Part shown: piece after piece, positions 22,886 to 35,189 of the stretch | How the letters are laid out: every line of letters starts with the position of its first letter | How positions within the stretch are numbered: the stretch's first letter is position 1 | Assembly (NCBI GenBank): GCA_010093605.1 | Contig: MU004187.1 | Coordinates: forward strand, 620,001 to 684,000 | Reading direction: 5' to 3' | Length of the DNA: 64,000 bases | From: Lophium mytilinum | Taxonomy: Eukaryota | The notes under the pieces: model-generated | The model's input: the letters and a program-made list of their open reading frames with translations, nothing else | The model's database searches: none | What the model was told of the DNA's origin: nothing | Translations under genes and position numbers: made by a program

Positions 22886-24699
22886 TCACCCAACAGCCGT
22901 CGCTCGAAACTCGTTGACCTCCTCCCACAGCTGCCTGCAAGGACGCTCGTGAATCGATTCGACCCAGAGGCAGCCTTTCAGCGCATTCCTGATACTGATC
23001 CAAGACGAGAGCTCCGGCTCTAGCTCAGAAAGCTCAGCAAGCTTGTACTTGAACCAAGCCCGCTCCGAAGTCCCCTGAGAGGCAAGGCCTCCCGTATATA
23101 ACAGCCAGAGATCCAAATAGGGAAGTCGCTCGTCGGCAGGAGCACCTTCAAGCGCTAACTTCAGCCTGCTGACGATGGTAGAAGACGTTCCCGGTGCAAA
23201 TGGAGTGGCCCTCGTGATAGACTTCACGCACAGTAAGGCTCCTAAGCGGCATGCTTCTAGGGTTCCGAACTTCTCGTAGTCCAAAAGGTGGAGCAAGTTG
23301 TATTGGATCAAGACAGCATCTTCGTCGAAAGCTCGCGGATGTATTGAGATCTCTGATCTATTGATAGCGTACTCTAAGGTTTCCGTGAAGCGTGAAAGAT
23401 CAACGAAGATGTTGAGCAGCGGTAAGTCCAGATTGGTGAAGGCGAGAATGTGCAGAAAGTCGGTGCTTGGTGGCGGCACTTCAATAGGCGGTAAGATCGA
23501 AGATATAGCGGGTTGCGTTCTTATCAAAGGCTCCAAAAAAGGCGTTGACAGAGTATCAAGAGCCCCTTCGACGTCGGCGCTGCAGTCATGTTTAGCTGAG
23601 GGTTTTCCGGTCGCCGGAAAGGGAAGTAACTGTACCGACACATTTTGTTTTGCAGTGATTCAGGGATCGCTGAGAGCCCTCCCTTGATTCGGATCATTTC
23701 TGCCATTCCCTTCAGGTGCATACTCCATTCCTCTTTATTGCCATGCATCGTCTACTACCCTGTCAGTATGTAAGCTGCAGACTGGAGCGGATACGAGATC
23801 TTACCGCCACCATTGCGAGACAAGAGATCGCTCCGATCGTGGCATCAGAAACCTTTGAGAGGTCATTCAGCCTCCGACTAAGTAGACCAAAAAGCGGTCT
23901 TGTCAAAGATGTTGAGTCTTCGGATGCCGAGGCTTTTGATCCAGGCAGTGTAGTCAAGCCGAGTGCAGATACGTAAAGTAAGGCACGAAAAAGTGCTTCA
24001 TCGGTGAGAGCTAAAGGGAACCAAAACTTATGCGCAGGGTTGAATATCATAGTATCATGTAAGGGGTAAAGAGTACGAGCTATCTGAGCAATATCTGTCA
24101 TTGTTAATACTGACTTCCAGTTGCACTCAAGGGAACAAGAGTCTCATACAAAAGTTCATCAGCTTGTGGAAGTGAGGCTTCATGGCGAACGGTAGTCCAC
24201 CTCCATATAGAGAGGTCGCAGAACCTGGAGGATTCCGGGACAACAAACATTCCTTCAACATTGCTCTGGGATCCCCTTCTAGCCTTGGCGCAACAACGGC
24301 CGAAGCGGTGGGTGATTTGGTCCTGGGCTTCTTCGCCTTTTCTCTTGATTCGGGATCTCCGTAGTAATCTCTCATAACATGGCGTCTAACGAGCTTTTGT
24401 ACACCAGGGTCTCGTTTCCGAAGAGGATCCGTAGCATCGACAAACAGCCAGTCTTGAGTTCGCCCGGGAGCTGCACCTAGGGCGGTCTGCGGTCTAGTAC
24501 GCTCTCCGCGAGATCGTTTTGGGGCACTTTTGCTCAACAGTGGCTTCGCAACAGGGATCGAGACATCGTTAAGTGATCTTTTTGACTTGCCAGTATCAGA
24601 TTGACGCAGCCCGTCCGCCGAATCCTTGCTATCATGGTGCCATCCCTTATGCACAAGCACTAGAGGCCCCGGAGGGAGGATGATGGTCTGTAGGCTCAT
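22886..24699 (-). CDS. Fungal-specific transcription-factor-like protein without a recognisable Zn2Cys6 cluster, multi-exon
   Basis: FVD...RK.D....KLVRRHVMR basic motif, PLALTDEALF, VSDATIGAI..L, HLKGM..MIRIKGGL, LWLLYTGG; fragments linked by GT-AG introns. Confidence 0.7.
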
Positions 24700-25010
24700 C
24701 GCAATATTTAGCGACGTTGAGATATGTTATAGAGACTACGACCTTGTAATATGTGAAGGGGAATCTCGAGGATGCGTCCTAGATATTGGGAGCGAAGCTG
24801 AATAAGCAGCTACTCTCCTCCCAGACTAGCGTAGTGTGCAGTCAGCCAGCTAGGGCCAGCCGAGGGGCTTCTAATCTTGATCACACGTTGCACCACGATT
24901 TACTCCTTGAATGGGTCCAGAGACGCAAAAGCATTTATTCCATGATCTATAAGCAAGCCCCCGCTAATTCATCGCTACACTAACATTCCAAATTTTTAGG
25001 GACACTCTCT

Positions 25011-25995
25011 CTACAACTGGGGCCAGATTGCCTGATAGTCCTTTCCATCCAAGAAACGGCTCACGTTCTGTCCGACCAATTCCGCGTACTGGTAGATGAA
25101 ACCATGGCCCGCGTGGGGATAGATTATCAGTTGGGCGTTTTCAATCTTGACCGCCAACTCCCAGCTCTGGCTCGTAGGGACAAGCTCGTCATGGTCTGGG
25201 AGAACACATGTTAGCAAGAAATGACAAGAGGAATGTGTATGGAAACTCACCACCGTTCATCACGAGCACTGGCATCTTGAGCTCTCCAAGTCTGTCGAAT
25301 GAGTTGCGCGGATTCGGCACGATCCAGTCCTCAAGGAACGTGGCTAGCTGAACTTTCGCGCCCGTGTCTTTGTCTACGAGCTTCAGGTTCTTTGGTTCAC
25401 CCTCTACGTTACGCTCGAGCACTCGGTTCCAGGAGGCCTCTGCAGCATCACGACCGATCTTGTCTTCGGGGAAGAAAGTGTACTCTATCGTATGTTTGAC
25501 TTCTTCTGGGGTGACCGCATCGTTGAGATCGATGATGTACTTGACGTCGGCCTGATCCCGCGGCCACACGATGCCTGTCACCGTTTCAGCGGTGGGCATG
25601 GACGCTGCGCTACCCGCGATGATGAGTTTGCGAACGAGCTCGGGCGCAGTCAACGCGACCATCTGAACTGCGCAGCCGCCCATAGAGAAGCCGAGGAGGT
25701 CGATTTGCTCCAGTCCGAGGGCTTTGACGAAAGCAATGAGGTCGTCCGCCCATCCTTGAAACGTGTTGGGGATCTCGCCAGTACTTCTGCCAACTCCAGA
25801 TTGATCGAAAATGATGACCGGACGGTTTGCTGCGAGCGAGTTGATGAAGAGCGGATCCCAGAAATCCATATTGGCGCGGTAATGAATATGCGTCACGAGA
25901 GGAATGGCAGTAGACGTGCCGATTCTGCGGTAGGCAAATTTAGTGCCATTAGCCGCCGTGACATACTGAGTCTTTGCTGTTTGTGCAGTTGTCAT
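25011..25995 (-). CDS. Alpha/beta hydrolase, 2 exons
   Basis: YRRIG, FDQSGVGRS, nucleophile GFSMGG, PVLVMNG / DHDELVP, YPHAGHG; one intron near 25250-25196. Confidence 0.88.
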
Positions 25996-27013
25996 TGTTG
26001 GTGAAGCTGGAAAGTACTCTTGTATAAATTGTTGGGGTCTGGGGTTAAGAGGAAGGAAGCAATTGAGATGGAAGAAGTGGTTGAGATGAAGACGAATAAT
26101 GCAGTGAGTGCTCCTGTTCTTTATACAATTTCAAGCTCGCCTACAATAGCTGGCAGGACAAGAGGTCTCTGATGCGTGGCGTTATCAGCCAGTGAAACCA
26201 GCCACTGACTCTTTACCAAGACGAGAATTGTAGGCACCTTTTTGGATAGCGCGAGGAGTATCAGACAGTCATGCTCGATATTCGCAATAGCAGTCATCAC
26301 TGTACAGCTTTACTTTAAGCCTACCTACATTTCGCGATTATACGACTATATAAGGGCGGTTTCCTATTTAGGCTATTCGGGCTGAATCCGGCTAGCACAT
26401 CCCCACGACTTGAAAGCCGAAATAGAATTAGCGCTGAACAAGGCCACGGTCCCTTGGTCATCAACAGCACGACGTTAGGCATCACTTTGATCCAACGAGC
26501 GCTGCATAGTCACGATCCCGCAGCCTAGATTCCTACTAGAGCAATATGCGCTGACACATGCCGCATCATCATCACAGCCTCTCAACGTCGGCAACCTGAC
26601 CTTGTTGTTTAGTCAACGTGCGGCATGTCAATCCCCGTAGGACTTTCAAGCTTCTAAGATGCCGCCAACAATCTCTATGGCCTCTTCTTCCAGCGAAGCA
26701 TAGAGCCTTGGAGCCGCTTAGTGCCGGTTTGCGGTTCGAGAGACTAATCTAAGACTGGGAATGTCTTGAAGTAGCGAATGGCCCAAGTTGAGCATTCTGC
26801 AAAGACACCAAAGCAATGCTTCAACCCCTGCCATTGATACACTTTCTGACGCTGTCTCGTACGACCTGTGCATGCCTTGATACGCTTCACGCATTTTCAT
26901 AATTCTATAAAATCCACTGTCCTCTTCAGTCAAATCTGCAAGCCATCCACCAACTCCCCCTCATCCCCGTATCCTCACTCTCTCCTCCAACCCAACCCCC
27001 CAAACCCGCAACC

Positions 27014-27842
27014 ATGACCAGCCCCAACACCGCCTGCTGCCGCCGCCCGCCCGTCATCTCAGGCCCCTACACCCAACTCGGCTCCTACACCACCCTCGGC
27101 GGCATGAACACCTACACCACCGGCCTCCCCACCGCCACCCACGGCCTCCTCGTCATCTACGACATCTTCGGCTACTACCCGCAAACCCTGCAAGCCGCCG
27201 ACATCCTCTCGGGCTCAGCGCCAGGCTCCACCTCCACCTCGACGCAACACTACAAGCTCTTCATGCCCGACTGGTTCGGTGACTCCCCCGCCGACCTCGC
27301 CATGTACCCGCCCGTCACGCCCGAGCAGCACGCCTACATCACGGCCTTCATGACAGGCCCCGCGGCGCCCGCGCGCACGCTGCCCAAGATCCCGGCGTAC
27401 TTTGCCGCGCTGCGCGAGGCGAATCCGCAGATTACGAGCTGGGGGGTCGTGGGGTATTGCTGGGGCGCGAAGATTGCGTCGTTGTTGGCGAATCCGGAGG
27501 CCGGGTTTGCGGCGGCGGCGATGTTGCATCCGAGTTTGATGGTGGTGGAGGATGCGGGGGAGGTGAAGGTGCCGTTGGTGGTGCTGCCGAGTGGGGATGA
27601 GGATGTTGAGGTGAGTTTTCTTGGTTTTTGAGTGACGATTGGTGATTGGAGGCTGACGCGCGTGCGAGTAGCTTGTGGATGCGTTCAAGGCGGGGTTGAA
27701 GGTTGATAACTATGTTGAGACGTTTAAGGATCAGGTGCATGGCTGGATGGCGTCGCGCGCGGATTTTGAGGACCCGAGGGCGAAGGCGGAATATCTTCGT
27801 GGTTATGGGATCCTGAGGGATTTCTTTGGGAAGTATTTGTGA
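27014..27842 (+). CDS. Dienelactone hydrolase family protein; exons 27014-27610 and 27672-27842
   Basis: YDIFG, nucleophile GYCWG, HPS, and HGW in exon 2; intron GTGAGT...GCTGAC...TAG is in frame. Confidence 0.9.
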
Positions 27843-28088
27843 GACGTGGGACTGTGAGCTGATTCGTTAAGTATTCGAGAAGTGGAAGAGGTATGTAGGA
27901 ATCACCCGCCAAACGAAAACTGCAACCCGAGTAAGCTGAGCACTTTCTGTCTTTTTTGTCCAACCCAATGCTATTCATCAACCGCTGGTATAGCATTAAT
28001 CTATCCAATTCGCTATTCGCTAGTCTTTGATCCAACGCCTCTTTACCTATACTGTCTACTTATACAGAATCTGTACACCTCACTCACT

Positions 28089-30046
28089 CTACGCCAAACC
28101 CGGCCCAGGCCTCATCTCCGTCCAACCCCCATTGACCGCCCACTTCCCCGCCTTCGTGTAATCTGCCGTACGACTCCCGCTCAGAAACCCAAACCTGAAA
28201 TACTCCGGCACTTCCCTGTCATGCCTCACCCACGTAAACGAGTTCTTCCCTCGATCCTCATAGCCACGGAAGCGCTCGACATCATTGACGAGCACGCTGA
28301 GCCCGTCGTACAACCCAGGAAGCGGAAGAGTCCACTCAAAGGTTATATTCGGCAGCAAGCCCGAGGAAATCGGGTTGTTGTACACGATAGGCGGTAATAT
28401 CAGCGGCAGCAAAGAGCCGAGTGGGGCATCCCCGCGCAGCTCATCGGGTGTTTGGAGGATGCTGTCAAAGCCCCACCGCGCAATGCCGTTGATGAACAGA
28501 CCAATCAAGATTCCTTGGAAGAGCAGGCTGGGGCGGTTCTGCATGGCTGTTCCTGGAACGAGGAGTAGGGCGAGGATGTAGTGATGGATACGAACGTTCA
28601 TTTTCGGGACAGCGACCATAGCGAGTATGCAGGCGACGAAAATGCCGTAGACGGCGAGGTAGCGCGGAAGGCGGCCTTCGACGCGGATGGCCCAGGCTTG
28701 GCCAACGGCGATGAAGAAGAGCGAGAGGACTACGATGATGAGAGCCGGGATTGCGCCAGGCTGCTGTTGGATGTCGTGTGGTGTTAGGCGCTGGATCGGG
28801 ATCCTGTCGAAGGTGTAGTTGTTCAGCGCGCCCACCCAGCACCCGCCGAGCCATAGAATAGTCTTCTCGAATTGGGCGTGCAGCCCGACTTGTTGGCGCC
28901 GCACGCAGTACTTGTAAACAACGAACATGCAGAATGATGCGGGAAGGAAACGGCCGAGCGCTATGCTGACGATGGAATAGTAATCGGTCAGATTCGGCGG
29001 GTCTGATGCAAGGGCGACGTGGAAGAAGATGCCAGTGTATACGGAGGGAAGGAATACGGCGGGCGACGTTGTGAATAGAGATAGGAGAATAGTGAAAGTC
29101 AGAGAAACGCCGAGTAGAGGCCAACGGAGATCGCGACACTTTGATGAAGTGCCTGATAGGAATGAAAAGGATTTAGGAAAGTAGGAATCGAATCCTATGC
29201 TAGTGATGCGGTTTTGCTTCACACTGGGAAATCTGCTCTGCTCGCCAACTAGAGAGACTACTCCGCAGCCTCCATCCTGGTTACTGATGAAGCCGGCATG
29301 TATCGCGGCGCCGCATATGAATGAGTCGCCGCGATAAAATGTATATTCAAGGTCTTTCTCTTTATTTGTCGGCCCGCCAATGACCAAAGGTCGATAGTTG
29401 ACCTCCTGGTCCCCTACTGCGTGAGGATTAACTACTTCGACTCGTTTGCAGTTCGCGGGGCACCTGAATGCCAAGGTACTATTTTCAAATGGGCGGCACA
29501 GGTTGCCGTTCAGGCCACAGCCGTTGCCATCATTCCTGTCACATGTATGAGTATACGTCTGCGAATGTAGGATCGTCAAGCTTACCAGAATCTATCAGTG
29601 CACGTCACCCTCACAGGAGAGCCATGCCCAGGTATATCACTCGCGAACGCAGACCTGTGCAGGACCAGCCCAAAGCACAGCAGCCAACAAATGTAGAAGA
29701 ATATCAACAGCAGGACCTTCTGCTTTCGCTTCGGAAAGTAGTTGTTCAAAAACTGGACGGGCGCGTATTGTACAGTTGGGAAGTACGGCTGTATCTTCCA
29801 CGGCCGCGGCGGCTGAGGCCCCTTTGCCCATCTTGTTATCGCCCGAGACGTCCGCTGAACCCGTGTAGGTATGTATTTGAGTATCGGCGAGGGCTGGCGG
29901 TAGGGATAGTTCTCGTCGTCGGAGGCTTCGGCTCCATCTATAAGCACCGCATCCTCCCCGATTGTGATTGTCCCGTCAGAGCTCACGCTGGTCGCATCGT
30001 CATGGTACGCGTGGGGAGGAGCCGCTTCGTCGTCTTGCTGCTCCAT
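28089..30046 (-). CDS. LCCL-domain polytopic membrane protein; intron 29585-29536
   Basis: LCCL signature YRGDSFICGAAIHAG, Cys-rich CGLNG..CRPF...CPANC, several TM segments, IHHYIL, GIARWGF. Confidence 0.85.
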
Positions 30047-30685
30047 GGCTGATATATTTTGTAATTCGTGATGCGAGGCTTCCGGAGACACTTTGGCGGG
30101 CAATGGATCGTTGGCGCGCAGCACTCAACAGCGACGCGGATGATGATAGGAATGCGAGCTGAGCTATACAGAAACCGAGAAGAAACGATAGGTATCGATG
30201 ATGTACAGCAATTCAACGTCAAAAGGGACAGTGTTGTTCATGCACAGAAAAGCATGGTGGACCGCTGCCACCTGCTCGGCCCACCACCTGCGTTAGCGTC
30301 GCATCGCCGGGCCCTTCGGCACAGGCGCCATACCGGCATGGTGGTTTGGTTTCATACGGGGAACGTGACTGATCTTACGGTCTCTTTTGTTGGAAGATCC
30401 TTTGTTTGTGTTACAGAAGTCGGATCTACAGATTCCGTTCGGGCGCATCTGTATACTTGTAACAGGAGTTAAGCTTGAACCTGCATCGAGAGGGGCATAC
30501 GAGCCCGCGGCGCGTCATTGATTAGTTAGTGTCAATGAAATAGGCCTGCTTATCAATGCAAGGCAGCTATCGCGAAGTGTGTAGGGCGCGGACAAGATGC
30601 GGACAAGCTGTCAAACACTTCATCATCTATTCTCTATATGTCGCCATAGACCTTATCAAAATTTATAGATACTTCAGCCGCCCTC

Positions 30686-32597
30686 ATGTCTTCTAATAAT
30701 GTGAATGTCGCATCCGTGGCGCTGCCAGATCCTGTTGATCTAACCCACCATCTCTCGAGGAGTACCAAAGCACGGGAAGCCTCCTCTGTAAAGTCGTTTT
30801 ACAAGTACTTCGCAATACCTGGAATTGGACAGCTTGCCGGAGGTTCGATTAACCTCCCCATATTTTTTGAGCTCCGGATTTGTGCTGACAACTGTATCAG
30901 GACTTCCTAACGCCAGTTACTTCCCGTACGACACCCTCGAAGCCAAAGCCGCACTCCCAAACCGTTTCAAACCCACACCAATCAAGCCGATTGACCCTCC
31001 TACATCAGAATTAGCTTCCACTAGGATCTCGGATTCGCCAGCTTCGACACGAGTCGTCGTCCCCCACAGCGCGGGGATCGCCGACCCTCTGCGGACCATT
31101 GATCTCACAACAGCGCTGCAATATGGCACTGCTCAAGGCTACCCCTCGTTATACTACTTCATCCGGAAGTTTACCCTGGAGAATCTACATCCCACGATTC
31201 CATACAAGGGCGGGGCTGAGATAATCTTGACATGCGGCTCGACCGACGGCTTTTCAAAGGCAATCCAAGCTCTTTCTAATGAATGGAGCGAGGGCCATGA
31301 TCCGATCGATGAGAGGCCGGGTCTCCTGGTCGAAGAATACTGCTACATGAACGCCATCCAAGCGGCCAGGCCTCGAGGCCTCAGCATTGCCCCCGTGAAG
31401 ATCGACGACGAGGGCATGATGGCCACCGGAAAAGGAGGACTAGAAGACGTGCTGGAGAACTGGGACTTCTCAAAAGGTAGACGGCCGCACCTGATGTATA
31501 CTGTAACGTAAGTAGCCCAATTCCGACCTCACTGTCGTAGCCCTGAGTACTAACCTGCCAACCTCCGCAGCATCGGCCAAAACCCCACCAGCGGTACCCT
31601 CAGCGTCGCCCGCCGCAAAGAAATCTACGCCCTCTGCGTCAAATACGACGTCATCATCATCGAAGACGACCCATACTGGTACCTGCAATTCCCCTCTGCC
31701 TCCCCTAATGCTACACCCCCACCCCCAGCCCCCAAGTCGTCTGGCTTCCCATTCCTCGACTCCCTGATCCCCTCTTACCTCTCCGTCGACTACCAAGGCC
31801 GAGTCGTTCGCCTCGACACCTTTTCCAAGACCGTCGCGCCAGGCTGCCGCCTTGGCTGGATCACCGCCCAGCCCGTCCTCGTCGAGCGCATCCTACGCAT
31901 CACCGAGACCAGCACGCAGCAGCCCTCAGGCTTCGTGCAAGCCATGATCGCGGAGCTGATCATGGGCCCACAAAGCCGCAGCGACGGCGGGCGCGGCGGC
32001 GCAGCCGACGGCAGCGGCTGGAAAGTTGACGGTTGGGTGCGGTGGCTCGAAGGCTTGCGGGGGAACTACGAGCGGCGCATGAACGCGATGTGCGACATCA
32101 TGGACGCTGGGAAGCAAGTCGTGAAGGCGGGCCGGCGGGGCTCTCTCTCAGCGGTCGCCGACGACGAGTGGGCCGTCGTCGAGAAGACGAAGATCTACGA
32201 CTTTGTGAGGCCGCTGGGCGGCATGTTCGTCTGGGTCCGGTTCGACTTCACGACGCATCCGCTGCGCAAGACGGTGCCGCTCCCGCGGTTGTCGGCGGCG
32301 CTGTGGGTGTTTTGGACGACGAAGCCGTATAAGGTGCTTGCGGCGCCTGGGAGCATCTTCGCGCCGACGGAGGAGATTCGGGATGGGGATGCGTGGGAGT
32401 GCTTCCGGCTGTGCTTTGCGGCCGTCGATGATGATGTGCTGGAGGATATCAGCCATCGGTTCGTGGACGGTGCGCAGGCGTTTTGGCGGATTAAGAACAA
32501 GGAGAAGATTGACGAGCTGTTGAAGGATGAGGCGCCGCCCGCGATGCAGGCGGGTGAGGGGAATGCTGGGTTGGCCATGTTGACTGGGTTTTGCTAG
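30686..32597 (+). CDS. Aromatic amino acid / 2-aminoadipate aminotransferase (class I PLP), 3 exons (30686-30842, 30901-31507, 31571-32597)
   Basis: LAGGLP, LQYG..QG, GQNPT, IIEDDPY, catalytic DTFSKT.APGCRLGW, GGMFVW; ARO8/ARO9-like. Confidence 0.9.
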
Positions 32598-33013
32598 AGG
32601 TGTGTCATTGGGACACGGCATATATGGACTACCACGGCGTCAGGTATGATGACACCATGTAAGCACACTTTGAGACATTGGATACATGCTATAGAGAAAT
32701 GATTATGAAGCATAAATAAAAGCTGCTAAGCTCACACTGTTGTTGTGGCAGGGTGATTGCGAGGCGAGTGAGATATCAGTGGATGAGACTGTCGAATTGT
32801 TCTGGTATGGTTTCAACGTCACGTGGAGGGTCAAATGAGCAACCTTGTCAAGATATCCGTACATGGGATGCACGCTCCCAATACACTCAAAGCCCAGAGT
32901 CAAAAGAAACGCTTACCCCATTATCAGAGCTACAGGGGAATTACTCCGAAACGCCGCCCAATGCTATGCCGGTCATATCCAAATCACGTACCTGGTGCAA
33001 CGCTTTCCAACCC

Positions 33014-34885
33014 TCAGTCATCATCCGAATCAACGAGCATGCTCTCCCCAGCCCCCGTCACATCACCCTCACTCAACCGACCCCTAGGTCTCCTCCTCGC
33101 CTTCCCATTGATAGCCTCCCCTTTCCGCTCCCCTATTCTCCGTTCGAACTCCTCTTCTTCGCTGTCACCCATCAAGGGCACAGCCTCATTAACCTCCAAT
33201 GCCTTCCCTAGCAGGTCCGTTGCGATCGGGTCCTGCGGACTGACAGCCAACGCCTCGTGCAGAGCAATGACGGCTTGCCAGCTATCGCCCATCTCCAAAA
33301 GCACCAGCCCCTTGGCGCAGAAAACACCGGCGTCCTTCCCACCAGCCCGGAGAACGTCATCGAAGGCTGCGAGAGCTTCGGGGAACTGCCCCGTTCGCCG
33401 TAGAGCATGGCCCAGGTTTGCACGCGTAGCAAGCCAGGCCCTAGGGTCAGACCCGATCTCCGTCGCTAGCGTGAGCGCAAGTTTGAATAGAGCTATGGAG
33501 TTCTGCAAATCGTCTTCGTGGTATAGGACTACGCCTAGTTCATTAAGTAGTAGGGGGTCGGTCTTGCATAGTCCGTATGCGGTGTTGAGGTATTCGTGCG
33601 CCAGGGGCATATTGTTCAGTTGAAGATTCTGCATTCCCAAGAATAGCTGTGGTAGATGCGTTCCCTGGAAGAGGCGCGCAGCGGTTGAGTACGCTGATAT
33701 TGCCTGGTCGTGCTCGCCTTCTGCAGCGAAGGTGTGCGCGAAACCGATCCAGGCGGGGCCGAAGTGCGGATCCATCATTGAGGCTTTGGAGAAGAATCGC
33801 CGTGCTTCGGCGATGCGGTTGATGGTGAGATAGTAGACGCCGATTGCGAGCCAGGCAGAGGGCTCTTCGGGGTGGTTGTCTGCGAGATCGTGGGCGAGGA
33901 GGAAGAGGGCGTTTCTCTCATTGAGTTCATGTAGACAAGCAAGATGTATGGGGAATGTGTTGAAGTTGTATGGGTCCTTCTCTAGTATAGAGGATGTAAG
34001 AGCGAGGGCTTCCTTGAAGCGACATTGAGTGAACAGGAGTTCGGCTTTGGAGAGAAGGATGTCGGGGTTTGTGGCGAGGTTATAATGGGTAGATAGGGTC
34101 TCTGTTGCCGTGGCGAACTCTTCGGGATGCTCGTACTTAGATAGTCTGGTAGTGTAAAGCATTTTCGTAAACTCGGCAGCTTCTTGAGAGGTAGAATTGC
34201 TGTCCGCCGTAATGGTGTCGAAGTTTAGGGATTCCAAAAACTTCCACTCCTCGCTTGGGGACATAAGGGAGTTCTTCATGAGCTGATCGAAGGCTTCGAA
34301 GCACTGGACGTCTATCCGGACGGCATCTTTGTAGCAATCCTTGGCTCGATCAAAGGCGTTCTGTTTGGCGAAACAGACTCCCCTCAGGTAACACATGGCG
34401 GCCTCGAATCGTATATTGGAGATATCTTCTTTATCCCTCTCTTCGCTGCGATCCACTCTGTCGCTTCTGGCTCCCAGCTTCGAGTGTTTTCGGGCATCGA
34501 CATGCTGGAGCTTCCTCCTGGCACTCCCAGGCGCAGTTATGAGATGTACCGGGTTCTTGTCGCCCAAGATGTTCAACGCTTCGTCAAACTTCCCCTGCTT
34601 TATGCAACAATGCGCGGCCAGGTATTTACACGAGGGATTGTTGGCGATAAGGTCTTGTCGAGAGAGGAAGCTCTGGGCGCGAGTGTAATTGCCAGTCGAG
34701 AAGTGAACTTGAGCGAGCCAAAATGCGTCTTTGTCATTATCTTGGGCATAGTCAGTAGATGATACAGTGCGAGCACGCATAGACGTACTCGTTAAAGCCA
34801 GTAATTTGTCCCCAATAAATATAGCGGACTCGTACTGGTGTTTATTCAAGGCGTCCTGCCGCCATTCGCGGAGGAACTTCTCCAT
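33014..34885 (-). CDS. CDC16: Anaphase-promoting complex TPR subunit APC6 (Cdc16/Cut9); intron 34788-34741
   Basis: MEKFLREWRQDAL..HQY.SAIF.GDK N-terminus, TPR array with AWIGFAHTFAAEGEHDQAISAY and GTHLP.LFLGM. Confidence 0.95.
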   Translation of the reverse strand: MEKFLREWRQDALNKHQYESAIFIGDKLLALTSTSMRARTVSSTDYAQDNDKDAFWLAQVHFSTGNYTRAQSFLSRQDLIANNPSCKYLAAHCCIKQGKFDEALNILGDKNPVHLITAPGSARRKLQHVDARKHSKLGARSDRVDRSEERDKEDISNIRFEAAMCYLRGVCFAKQNAFDRAKDCYKDAVRIDVQCFEAFDQLMKNSLMSPSEEWKFLESLNFDTITADSNSTSQEAAEFTKMLYTTRLSKYEHPEEFATATETLSTHYNLATNPDILLSKAELLFTQCRFKEALALTSSILEKDPYNFNTFPIHLACLHELNERNALFLLAHDLADNHPEEPSAWLAIGVYYLTINRIAEARRFFSKASMMDPHFGPAWIGFAHTFAAEGEHDQAISAYSTAARLFQGTHLPQLFLGMQNLQLNNMPLAHEYLNTAYGLCKTDPLLLNELGVVLYHEDDLQNSIALFKLALTLATEIGSDPRAWLATRANLGHALRRTGQFPEALAAFDDVLRAGGKDAGVFCAKGLVLLEMGDSWQAVIALHEALAVSPQDPIATDLLGKALEVNEAVPLMGDSEEEEFERRIGERKGEAINGKARRRPRGRLSEGDVTGAGESMLVDSDDD

Positions 34886-35189
34886 CTCGATCTGCGAAAG
34901 ATGTGAGGGGAAAGAAAGCTAGAAGAAGAACTGAAAGTAAGCATAGAGGAGTGTAAAGCCATATGGCAGACGTCAGGAGCCTCCGAACTTGTGCATCGAG
35001 TCGCGCTTCACTGTCGTAAACAATGTGAAAGATCCCGGCGCAAGATCCGTGGGCACGTGCCTCATTTTCTTAGCGCGGCGGGGCGGGGCGGAATTAATTG
35101 ACCTTCGCCGCCTAGCTTTACTCTTCATTCAACACCCCTTCGAACCACGACAACCCCAGCAACCCTTCCACCACCTCGCAACCGCCACC

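Noticed and set aside
27014..27842. Strong C-rich 5' half and G-rich 3' half in the dienelactone hydrolase (also seen in YJU2 and the aminotransferase)
   Set aside because: A common compositional gradient in GC-rich fungal genes; I found no true inverted repeat.
32823..33623. 266-aa plus-strand ORF overlapping CDC16
   Set aside because: Antisense to a conserved gene, non-ATG start, no motifs.
34989..35189. 67-aa N-terminal extension of YJU2 in the ORF track
   Set aside because: TTG start in promoter sequence; the conserved protein begins at MSERK with an optimal ATG context.
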